NCBI GenBank assembly: GCA_963713615.1
Contig: CAVQMM010000001.1
Span: 2,976,001-3,040,000, forward strand
DNA: 64,000 bases
From: an uncultured Chlamydiae bacterium
GTDB lineage: Bacteria > Chlamydiota > Chlamydiia > Chlamydiales > JAJFMA01
Direction: 5' to 3'
Made by a program: the position numbers and the translations under genes. Positions 53,170 to 61,627 of this stretch are shown one piece after another; within the stretch, counting starts at the first letter, position 1; every line of letters starts with the position of its first letter. The notes beneath the pieces were generated by a model that saw only the letters and a program-made list of their open reading frames with translations, was not told the DNA's origin and ran no database searches.

Positions 53170-54138
53170 ATGAAATATTTTAACCCATCCGATTTAAAAA
53201 CTATTCTCCACTCCAAGCGTGCTAATTTGTATTACCTGGAACATTGCCGCCTACTGGTGAATGGGGGCCGGGTGGAGTATGTGACTGAACAAGGCAGTCA
53301 GTCCCATTATTGGAATATTCCAATTGCCAATACTACGACAATAATTCTTGGAACAGGCACTTCGGTGACGCAAGCGGCCATGAGAGAATTGTCAAAAGCA
53401 GGTGTCAGCGTAGGGTTCTGTGGCGGTGGGGGAACACCTCTTTACTGTGGAACCGATAGCAATGTAGATATCCTTTGGATGACCTCACAGAGTGAATATC
53501 GGCCAACAGAATACTTACAGAATTGGGTTTCATTTTGGTTTGATGATGAGAAGCGTCTAGCCGCGGCTAAAATGCTTCAATATGCTCGTATTAGTTTTAC
53601 ACAAAGACAATGGCAGGTACCAAAACTCCGTGATAACGGATTCATTGTAAATACAAGCCAGGTCAATGAGTGCCTGGCACAGTTTCAGTGCGATGTAGAG
53701 GGCGCTACGACTATTATGAACCTATTTAGCGTTGAGGCTCGCGCTACCAAAAAGCTCTATGGCCTAGCTTGCCAAGCGATTAAATATGGGGAATTTGAGA
53801 GAGCAAAACAGGGAAATGGAACGGACCCTGCGAATCGCTTTCTAGACCATGGAAACTATCTAGCTTACGGTTTGGGCGCGACTGCTGCCTGGGTGCTGGG
53901 ACTTCCACATGGCCTTTCGTTGCTACACGGAAAAACTCGTCGTGGTGGGTTGGTCTTTGACATCGCTGACTTGATCAAGGATGGTCTTGTTTTACCTCAA
54001 GCCTTTATTTCTGCATCACGAGGTGATGAAGAGCAAGCATTTCGTTGTGCATGCATCGGCAATTTTTCTACATGTGAAGCCCTCGACTTTATGATTGATA
54101 CAGTGAAAGATATCGCGCAGAAAATGGAGAGGCTATAA
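53170..54138 (+). CDS. cas1: Type I-F Cas1
   Basis: LKTILHSKRANLYYLEHCR, YWNIPIANT, SEYRPTEYLQ, HGKTRRGGLVFD. Confidence 0.97.
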   Translation: MKYFNPSDLKTILHSKRANLYYLEHCRLLVNGGRVEYVTEQGSQSHYWNIPIANTTTIILGTGTSVTQAAMRELSKAGVSVGFCGGGGTPLYCGTDSNVDILWMTSQSEYRPTEYLQNWVSFWFDDEKRLAAAKMLQYARISFTQRQWQVPKLRDNGFIVNTSQVNECLAQFQCDVEGATTIMNLFSVEARATKKLYGLACQAIKYGEFERAKQGNGTDPANRFLDHGNYLAYGLGATAAWVLGLPHGLSLLHGKTRRGGLVFDIADLIKDGLVLPQAFISASRGDEEQAFRCACIGNFSTCEALDFMIDTVKDIAQKMERL

Positions 54139-57100
54139 TGCGAATATTAATTGTTTCGCGTTGCTCCAAAAACGCTCTGACAGAAACACGACGCATTGTT
54201 GATCAGTTTGCAGAGAGATGTGGGGATTGTGTATGGCAGACACATATTACCAAGCAAGGCTTGGATATGTTGCGGCAGCTATTGAAGAAAACCGCCAGAC
54301 GTAACACCTCTGTGGCCTGTCACTGGCTTCGAGGATATTCCGTGGACGAGCTTCTCTGGATTGTTGGTGATGCGTCACGCTTCAATGACCATGGTCAGGT
54401 ACCTACAAATTCTACACATCGTGATATTTTAAAATCTGGGCGTGAAAATAGCTGGAACACGCTTGCCGACATCTCCCTTCTAGTGAGTATTGCCGCCCTA
54501 TTTCACGATTTTGGAAAAGCCAATTCGCTGTTTCAAAATAAATTACAACCATCATCGAAAGACTCCAAAATGCGGTGTGAACCGTATCGCCATGAATGGG
54601 TCTCTTTGCGCCTTTTTGAAGCATTTGTGGGAAATCTAACAGATCAGCAATGGCTCAAAAAGTTGTCAGAAGTGTCTAAACAAGATGAAAAGGCCCTGCT
54701 AGAGCTGGTAAAAAATGGCGAATTTAAAGAAATAAATCCTTTTAAAATGCTCCCTCCACTAGCTCGAGTGATAGGCTGGCTTATTATTTCGCACCATCGC
54801 CTACCATACTGGGATGGGATCGAAAGCGATGGAAATTCGCCGCGGCTTGGTAACATTAAACAATGGTTAACTCACAGTCTTGAAGCAGCTTGGAATTCAC
54901 CACAGCACAAATGGGCAAAAGCATGGGAGGTTAAGCACATGAAGGCGGTATGGTGTTGTCCCAAGGGAACTCCCATGCAAAGCCCTATATGGCAAGGCAA
55001 AGCTCAAAAAATAGCTCTACGTGCATTGGAACGCCCCCACTTCATTAAGGACTGGCTTTCAGATGATCCATTTACAATACATGTGGCCAGGATGATTCTC
55101 ATGCTCGCGGATCATCATTACTCCGCCGAACCACCCACAAAAAAATGGCAAGAATCCATTCCAAAGCTATATGCCAACACAGATCGGGAAACTGGGAAAT
55201 GCAAGCAACAGTTAGCGGAGCATGTTATCGGAGTAGCTCATTACGCTAGTCGTTTTGTCAGGCAGTTACCAACGTTGCGATCCACCCTACCCGCTATTAC
55301 GAGACATAAAGCATTTAAACGGCGCGCTCAAGCATCTATCTTCCATTGGCAGGACAAAGCATATGACTTAGCCGTTAGTATTAGAGAACGAACCTCCCTC
55401 CAGGGTTTTTTTGGTGTAAACATGGCCTCCACAGGATGTGGAAAGACCCTTGCTAATGCTAGAATTATGTATGGGCTTGCCTGTGATCGCAGAGGATGCC
55501 GCTTTAATATAGCCTTGGGCCTAAGAACACTAACATTGCAAACAGGCGATGCTCTACGCGAACGACTAAATTTAAACGACGAAGATTTAGCCGTTTTGAT
55601 TGGCTCAGGAGCAGTAAAAGCTCTTCACGACCACCGTGACGAACTATCTTCTATTGAAGAGGTCTTAGATCAAAACGCTCTTTTTGGATCTGAATCTTCT
55701 GAAGATCTTTTTTATCCTTCTGAGCATGTGCGTTATGAAGGAACCCTAGATGATGGAATCCTCAGCAAATGGCTTCGAAAAGACAACAAATTACATAAAC
55801 TAGTCAGCGCACCAATTGTTGTTAGTACGATTGATCATTTGGTTGGCGCCACGGAAAGTCAAAGAGGAGGCAAACAGATAGCTCCAATGCTTCGATTATT
55901 AACTTCTGATCTTGTTATTGACGAGCCAGATGATTTTGAATTAGACGATTTTCCTGCTCTTAGTCGCTTGGTTCACTGGGCAGGAATGCTTGGATCGCGA
56001 GTTCTTCTATCGTCCGCAACACTACCTCCTGACCTTGTTCATGCGCTCTTTGATGCCTATCAAACAGGATGGAAAGAGTTTCGAAAATCCTGCTTAGAAA
56101 CCGGAATTGATTTGGGTGTCTGCGCCGCGTGGTTTGACGAAACTGGCTGTAGAACTAGCGAGTGCTGTGACTCCACCAGCTTTATGGAGAACCATCGGGA
56201 ATTTGTCGATGAACGAATCAAGCATCTTCAGAAGCAGCCTCCATTGCGAAGAGGCCAAATAGTGCCTATAGCTTCGTCCACAAACGACAAGTCTTGTGCT
56301 AGCAGTGCAGAGAGGTTGATAGCAAAGACCATTCATGAATCCATTTTGAAGCTTCATCATGATAATGCAATGGTACATCCTACTTCAGGTAAGCGACTTT
56401 CCTTTGGATTAGTTCGAATGGCAAACATTAACCCGCTCGTGGCTGTCGCTAAAACGCTTCTACAAGAACCGTCCCCAAACGGATATCAGATTCATTATCT
56501 CATCTATCATAGTCGACACCCGCTTGTAATACGATCTTCCATCGAGCGACTGTTAGACCAAATGCTAAAAAGGCACAATCCCACAGACATTTGGAACCAC
56601 CCAGTCGTTGCTAAGGCTATGTCAAAGTATGCAACCGAGAATCATGTATTTGTTGTAATTGCCTCTCCTGTTGCAGAAGTCGGTAGAGATCACGATTATG
56701 ATTGGGCAATTGCTGAACCAAGTTCCATGCGATCCATTGTTCAAATTGCCGGACGAATTCAACGCCATCGCCAGTACAATGAAAACAAAGTTAACCCCAA
56801 CTTACATATCCTAGATCAAAACTATCGAGCTTTGAGACAAAATGATACAGTCTTCTGTCAGCCTGGTTTCGAGAGTGAATGCCATAAAATACATCCGCAC
56901 CAAATCTCTCAGATATTAGTCCCAGAGCAATACGAAAAAATTAATTCCACTGTTAGAATAAAATGCGATGACCATTCTGATCCTGCAAGTAATTTAGCAG
57001 CATTCGAACACTCTCGTATCCGTGCTAAACTACTCCGTGAAGGGCAAGGAAAGGAATATGCAGCCCTTTGGTGGAACGAACCTGCTCATTGGTCCTACGA

Positions 57101-57443
57101 AATTCAGCGTCGCATGCCATTTCGAAAATCATCGCCACAGGAAGATTATTTTTTAGGTATTGATGACGAAAACGATGAGAACCCTAAATTTCATTTCATA
57201 GATGACAACGGACCGAAATGTCTCGATGAAAGCTTCAAAAGAACACTCGAATTTAATTTAGGTAGAGGTGTCTCATATTGGCAAGGGTTTTCCTACACCG
57301 AAGAAATTTGCCGCCTTGCTGATCTTTTAGATCTGAAACTCTCAGATGCTTGTCAAAAATTTGGACGCCTAAAGTTGTATCAATCTCAGTCAAATCCTTG
57401 GCAATACCATCCAATGCTAGGCGTCCACAAAAATCCTTCCTAG
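54138..57443 (+). CDS. cas3: Type I-F Cas2-Cas3 fusion
   Basis: N-terminal Cas2-like (ETRRIVDQFAER), HD nuclease LFHDFGKA, ASTGCGKT, DEPD, SSAT, QIAGRIQRH. Confidence 0.96.
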   Translation: MRILIVSRCSKNALTETRRIVDQFAERCGDCVWQTHITKQGLDMLRQLLKKTARRNTSVACHWLRGYSVDELLWIVGDASRFNDHGQVPTNSTHRDILKSGRENSWNTLADISLLVSIAALFHDFGKANSLFQNKLQPSSKDSKMRCEPYRHEWVSLRLFEAFVGNLTDQQWLKKLSEVSKQDEKALLELVKNGEFKEINPFKMLPPLARVIGWLIISHHRLPYWDGIESDGNSPRLGNIKQWLTHSLEAAWNSPQHKWAKAWEVKHMKAVWCCPKGTPMQSPIWQGKAQKIALRALERPHFIKDWLSDDPFTIHVARMILMLADHHYSAEPPTKKWQESIPKLYANTDRETGKCKQQLAEHVIGVAHYASRFVRQLPTLRSTLPAITRHKAFKRRAQASIFHWQDKAYDLAVSIRERTSLQGFFGVNMASTGCGKTLANARIMYGLACDRRGCRFNIALGLRTLTLQTGDALRERLNLNDEDLAVLIGSGAVKALHDHRDELSSIEEVLDQNALFGSESSEDLFYPSEHVRYEGTLDDGILSKWLRKDNKLHKLVSAPIVVSTIDHLVGATESQRGGKQIAPMLRLLTSDLVIDEPDDFELDDFPALSRLVHWAGMLGSRVLLSSATLPPDLVHALFDAYQTGWKEFRKSCLETGIDLGVCAAWFDETGCRTSECCDSTSFMENHREFVDERIKHLQKQPPLRRGQIVPIASSTNDKSCASSAERLIAKTIHESILKLHHDNAMVHPTSGKRLSFGLVRMANINPLVAVAKTLLQEPSPNGYQIHYLIYHSRHPLVIRSSIERLLDQMLKRHNPTDIWNHPVVAKAMSKYATENHVFVVIASPVAEVGRDHDYDWAIAEPSSMRSIVQIAGRIQRHRQYNENKVNPNLHILDQNYRALRQNDTVFCQPGFESECHKIHPHQISQILVPEQYEKINSTVRIKCDDHSDPASNLAAFEHSRIRAKLLREGQGKEYAALWWNEPAHWSYEIQRRMPFRKSSPQEDYFLGIDDENDENPKFHFIDDNGPKCLDESFKRTLEFNLGRGVSYWQGFSYTEEICRLADLLDLKLSDACQKFGRLKLYQSQSNPWQYHPMLGVHKNPS

Positions 57444-57517
57444 GCTGCCTGTACGGCAGTAAATCAACACTAACAATCGATGAAAATATTTTCTGAGCTG
57501 CCTGTGCGGCAGTGATC
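57437..57517 (-). CRISPR. Antisense mini-array: repeat, 25-bp spacer, degenerate repeat (candidate regulatory crRNA-like RNA)
   Basis: 57490-57517 matches the array repeat 26/28; 57437-57464 matches 22/28; both keep the CTGCC-N5-GGCAG hairpin. Confidence 0.88.
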
Positions 57518-57613
57518 TATGCTGCGGTCAGCACTGCTAAAACCTACAGCAAATATGGGTGTACCCTAACGCAGGATCCTATTTTCTTCAACAGCTTAAT
57601 GACACCACCCCTC

Positions 57614-57640
57614 CACGACCCACAATTAATGATAATATGG
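57614..57640. promoter_or_regulatory. Predicted target of the mini-array spacer with a CC PAM, upstream of csy1
   Basis: 18/25 match to the spacer; flanking GG at 57639-57640 reads CC on the protospacer strand. Confidence 0.75.
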
Positions 57641-57700
57641 ATTGCGAAAAATCGCTCTAATCGATAAGTTGGTTGGCAATTTCCGAAATGAAGGGGGATT

Positions 57701-58948
57701 ATGGAAAAGACAATAGAGTTCTCTGAGGCTATCAAAGCCTTTATTCTCGAAAAACAAGAAAAAAAGCAGAAGGAAGTTTTAGATCCGCCACAGTTGTTTG
57801 CTACTTGGCTAGATGGGGCGGCTCGGCGAGCTAAACAAATTCAAGTCGTCACGCATCCAATGAAGTATACGCATTCCGATGCAAAAGGCTCAAGTGTTCA
57901 AGATCAAGGTGTGCGCACTTTTCCTCCTGGCCTATGCTGCCAATCCATCATAACAGCATCTACAGTTAATGTTAGTCTTACCGACATCGATGGGAACGCA
58001 GCAGCATTTGATATCGCTGCATTTGTGCAATTGCGAATCGGCAATACAACCCTATTGGATTACATCAAAAAGGACGATATCTCCCCCTTTAGGCCATTCG
58101 CTGAATCCGATTCTCAGGCTTCTGAATGGGTTATAGGCTTTAGCCAAATGCTCAAGGGAAAAGAGCCAGCATCACATACTTTAGCAAAACAAATTTACTT
58201 TCCGCTATCCAGTGGACACTACCATCTTCTTTCCCCATTATTTGCCTCTACATTGTCGTACGCAATTGGCGAACGGGTGAGAATGACGCATTTTTCCAAA
58301 GAAGCGCAAGAGGCCCGTGAAGCCAGAAAGGACGGTGAACCAAGCCTCCTAGTCGACGTTCAGTTTCGAAACCTAGCTATAAAAAAATTCGGGGGTTCCA
58401 AACCACAAAATATTAGTTATCTAAACAGCAAACAGCGAGGAGAGGCATTTCTCCTAAGCTGCGCACCCCCTATTTGGAATAAACAATCACGTCCTCCACT
58501 CAATGAACAATCATTTTTTTCCAAGACTTCTAAACACATCAATACACTCAAAGAGTTTCTTGAAAAGGTAAAGGATGCTGATAGCAAAAAATCCATTCGC
58601 GATGTTCGAGAAGATCTTGTCGATCTAGTGATAGATCAGCTCGTTATGTATGCAGCAGAAATACAACAATTGGAGGAATCAGGTTGGAGCGCAAAGCCAG
58701 AATGTAAACTTCCTTTTGAGCAACGGCTTTGGCTCGATCCCCTGCGTGCCCAACAAGATGAGGTCTTTGCTGCACAACGAGAACTGGGGGATTGGCGTGA
58801 AATAGTAGCGGACCAGTTCGCAGGGTGGTTCAATGATCAACTTTCACAACCTGGTCTGAAATTTGGAGATACGGAGAGACGTGAGTGGCGTCACATTATA
58901 AGTAATCGAATTAAGCATTTTAGAGAATTTCTGGAGGATCTGATCTAA
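57701..58948 (+). CDS. csy1: Csy1 (Cas8f)
   Basis: THPMKYTHSDAKG, GNAAA, KQIYFP, YHLLSPL, FGGSKPQNIS. Confidence 0.95.
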   Translation: MEKTIEFSEAIKAFILEKQEKKQKEVLDPPQLFATWLDGAARRAKQIQVVTHPMKYTHSDAKGSSVQDQGVRTFPPGLCCQSIITASTVNVSLTDIDGNAAAFDIAAFVQLRIGNTTLLDYIKKDDISPFRPFAESDSQASEWVIGFSQMLKGKEPASHTLAKQIYFPLSSGHYHLLSPLFASTLSYAIGERVRMTHFSKEAQEAREARKDGEPSLLVDVQFRNLAIKKFGGSKPQNISYLNSKQRGEAFLLSCAPPIWNKQSRPPLNEQSFFSKTSKHINTLKEFLEKVKDADSKKSIRDVREDLVDLVIDQLVMYAAEIQQLEESGWSAKPECKLPFEQRLWLDPLRAQQDEVFAAQRELGDWREIVADQFAGWFNDQLSQPGLKFGDTERREWRHIISNRIKHFREFLEDLI

Positions 58949-59889
58949 TGGATACCTGGTTGATATTGCACAATGTGCGCGTAGAAAATGCAAATGCCAT
59001 AAATGGCATCACCTGGGGGTTCCCAGCAATATCGCATTTTTTAGGATTTACACATGCTCTAGAAAGACAATTCACTTCTTCCATACCACTACAAGTAATG
59101 GGATGTGGCGTTATTTGTCACCAGCATACGTCACAAGCATATAAGTCTGCATATGGAGATAGAATCTTTAGTCAAACTCGCAATCCTCTGACTAAAGAAG
59201 GCGAAACTGCACCTTTCAATGAAGAAGGGCGCATGCATATGACAGTTTCTCTAGTCATGTCCTGCAAAGGAATAATTGAACCTGTCTGCATGGTGGAAGC
59301 TCAGAGCACTATTGAACAACTAGCGTTATCACTACGCGTGGCGGGCGGAACGATTATCAGGATAGGTAAGGTGACCTTAAATAGCCCTCCTGAGAATGAA
59401 GAAGGAAATAGAGTATTCGAACGCAAATTGCTAAAAAGGCTACTTCCAGGCTTTGCGCTCGTACAGCGATCTGATCTGATGCCCCTTCAGCTTGAGAGCA
59501 TGACCGCACGAGATTCGAAAGCAGATGTTTTGGATGCATGGCTAGCCTTTTCAAGCGTTAGATACGAAGCAGCACAATCTGAAAACATCTCAGTAGAAGA
59601 AAAAGAAACGCCCTGGTCACGTGTTTCACGAGCTGGGGAAGGCTGGATAGTCCCTCTAGCCTTGGGCTACCGCGGCATATCACCTCTATATGAGCCTAAT
59701 ACAATACAGCACGCTAGGGATAATACCGTTCCGTTTCGATATGTAGAATCCGTTTACTCAGTTGGACAGTGGGTCAGCCCACATCGACTAGAGACACTAC
59801 AGGACCTTATCTGGACTTATTCGGCCGATCCAGAAGAAGGCTGGTACTTATACACCAACTCACCAAGTAAGCTCAAAACATTATCATAA
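58948..59889 (+). CDS. csy2: Csy2 (Cas5f)
   Basis: VENANAI, TWGFPA, HALER, RVAGG. Confidence 0.95.
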   Translation: MDTWLILHNVRVENANAINGITWGFPAISHFLGFTHALERQFTSSIPLQVMGCGVICHQHTSQAYKSAYGDRIFSQTRNPLTKEGETAPFNEEGRMHMTVSLVMSCKGIIEPVCMVEAQSTIEQLALSLRVAGGTIIRIGKVTLNSPPENEEGNRVFERKLLKRLLPGFALVQRSDLMPLQLESMTARDSKADVLDAWLAFSSVRYEAAQSENISVEEKETPWSRVSRAGEGWIVPLALGYRGISPLYEPNTIQHARDNTVPFRYVESVYSVGQWVSPHRLETLQDLIWTYSADPEEGWYLYTNSPSKLKTLS

Positions 59890-59915
59890 AATCCCAAAAT
59901 AAGAGGAGGAACTCA

Positions 59916-60935
59916 ATGAAAGAATCCATAAAGACAGCATCTGTGTTGGCATTCGAGCGTAAGCTGGCCGCTTCAGACGCTCTAATGTATGCGGGACAAT
60001 GGAATAACCGCGATAAGAACGGATGGGAAAAAATTCAAGTTACCAACAAAGCCGTTCGAGGAACAATCTCCAATCGCCTAAAAAATGCCATTGAGAAAGA
60101 TCCAGCAAAACTGGATGCAGACATTCAAAAGGCTAATCTTCAACGCGTCGACGTAGCCGCACTACCTTTCGGTGCCGATACTTTATGCGTTAGATTCAGT
60201 CTCAGAGTACATGGAAACTTAGCTCAACCGTCCGCATGCAATGATCCGATATATCAAGAGGCACTTTCACAAACAATTAATCAGTATGGACAGTCTCACA
60301 AATTTCATGAACTGGCGAATCGTTATGCCATGAACATCGCCAATGGACGATTTTTGTGGAGAAATCGCGTAGGCGCAGAAGCCGTAGAGGTTCATGTTCA
60401 ATGTGGAGAAAAAAACAATACTGGTTCAAAAGCATGGAAATTTAACTCACATGAATATGAATTGCACTCATTCGAAAAACGGGATGAGCAATTATGCGAG
60501 CTAGCAGAAACCATTCGATTGGGTTTGATGGGAAGCACACATACTCTTTTACTGGTGGATGCATATGTAAAGATAGGACCAGGACAGGAAGTCTTTCCTT
60601 CAGAGGAACTTATTTTGGATCAAAAAAAGAAGGAGGGTAAGAAGCTCTATCAAAAAGATGATACGGCTGCGATGCACTCACAAAAAATTGGGAATGCACT
60701 CCGCACTATTGACACATGGCATAGTGAATTTTCTCAAGTAGGACCAATTCCTATTGAGCCGTATGGAGCCGTTACGAGTAGAGGAAAAGCTTATCGACAA
60801 CCTAAATTGAAGGAAGATTTCTATAATCTACTGGATAAATGGGTCTGTAAAGGCCATGAACTCGATGTCAGCCAACAACACTATGTCATCGCAACCCTCA
60901 TTCGAGGTGGCGTTTTTGGAGAAAAATCGAAGTAG
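59916..60935 (+). CDS. csy3: Csy3 (Cas7f)
   Basis: [44 protein letters not shown]. Confidence 0.97.
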   Translation: MKESIKTASVLAFERKLAASDALMYAGQWNNRDKNGWEKIQVTNKAVRGTISNRLKNAIEKDPAKLDADIQKANLQRVDVAALPFGADTLCVRFSLRVHGNLAQPSACNDPIYQEALSQTINQYGQSHKFHELANRYAMNIANGRFLWRNRVGAEAVEVHVQCGEKNNTGSKAWKFNSHEYELHSFEKRDEQLCELAETIRLGLMGSTHTLLLVDAYVKIGPGQEVFPSEELILDQKKKEGKKLYQKDDTAAMHSQKIGNALRTIDTWHSEFSQVGPIPIEPYGAVTSRGKAYRQPKLKEDFYNLLDKWVCKGHELDVSQQHYVIATLIRGGVFGEKSK

Positions 60936-60943
60936 GTGATCAG

Positions 60944-61498
60944 ATGCAATATTATGTTGAGATACAGGTGCGCGATGTTTCGGAACTTTCTAAACATGTC
61001 ATTATGAATATGGTCTTCTCCAAATTACATTTGGCATTGGTTAGTACTGGACAAGGACAAATTGGAATTAGCTTTCCCGATGTTGATAGGACTTTAGGTA
61101 GTCGGTTGAGACTTCACGGTTCTCGAGAAGCGCTTGATCGCTTGATGTCATTAGTATGGGCGAAGGGACTTTGCGATTATGCGAATATTTCGGAGATTCG
61201 TCCAGTTCCGCCCACCTGCAAACATCGTCGGGTAGCCCGTTCCCAAACAAAAAGCAGTGTTGATCGATTGTATCGACGCTCTGTTAAAAAAGGCTGGTGC
61301 TCCGAGAAAAAGGCTCTACAGCTAGCCTCACAGCATGTGCCGCAATTAGATAACGCCCCCTATCTAAACATCAGTAGCAAGTCTTCAGGTCAACAGTTTC
61401 GACTGTTTATAAAACATGGGCCTGTAGAAGATTTTCCTCTGGAGGGAAGTTTTTCTAGTTATGGGCTGAGTTCGGTAGCAACAGTACCTTGGTTCTGA
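60944..61498 (+). CDS. csy4: Csy4 (Cas6f)
   Basis: KLHLAL, IGISFP, LGSRLRLHG, SYGLS, TVPWF. Confidence 0.95.
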   Translation: MQYYVEIQVRDVSELSKHVIMNMVFSKLHLALVSTGQGQIGISFPDVDRTLGSRLRLHGSREALDRLMSLVWAKGLCDYANISEIRPVPPTCKHRRVARSQTKSSVDRLYRRSVKKGWCSEKKALQLASQHVPQLDNAPYLNISSKSSGQQFRLFIKHGPVEDFPLEGSFSSYGLSSVATVPWF

Positions 61499-61627
61499 CC
61501 CTATTTTTTTGGAGGGTTCGTAATATGCTAGATTCAAAGGACATGCAAAAAGTTGGAAAAATAGGGTAAATCGACAAAAATCGATCTATCTAGCTAATGA
61601 TAAGAATACTGCGGGGTATTCCTTCCT
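61498..61627 (+). promoter_or_regulatory. CRISPR leader
   Basis: AT-rich; inverted motif ACCCTATTTTT (61498-61508) / AAAAATAGGGT (61557-61567) typical of I-F leaders. Confidence 0.8.

Noticed and set aside
53168..53179. cas1 start region CGATGAAATATT as target of the mini-array spacer
   Set aside because: Needs a gap in the seed and has no adjacent PAM; 57614-57640 fits far better
57555..57569. Mini-ORF MGVP as a CreT-like RNA toxin
   Set aside because: No clear Shine-Dalgarno, no tandem rare codons, and it lies upstream of the target on the plus strand; a toxin RNA is not excluded but is unsupported
57544..57735. 63-aa minus-strand ORF between cas3 and csy1
   Set aside because: Overlaps the csy1 start, non-ATG start, no recognisable motif
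53170..61498. CRISPR-associated transposon (I-F3 CAST)
   Set aside because: cas1 and cas2-3 are present, cas8 and cas5 are unfused, and no tnsABC/tniQ is seen
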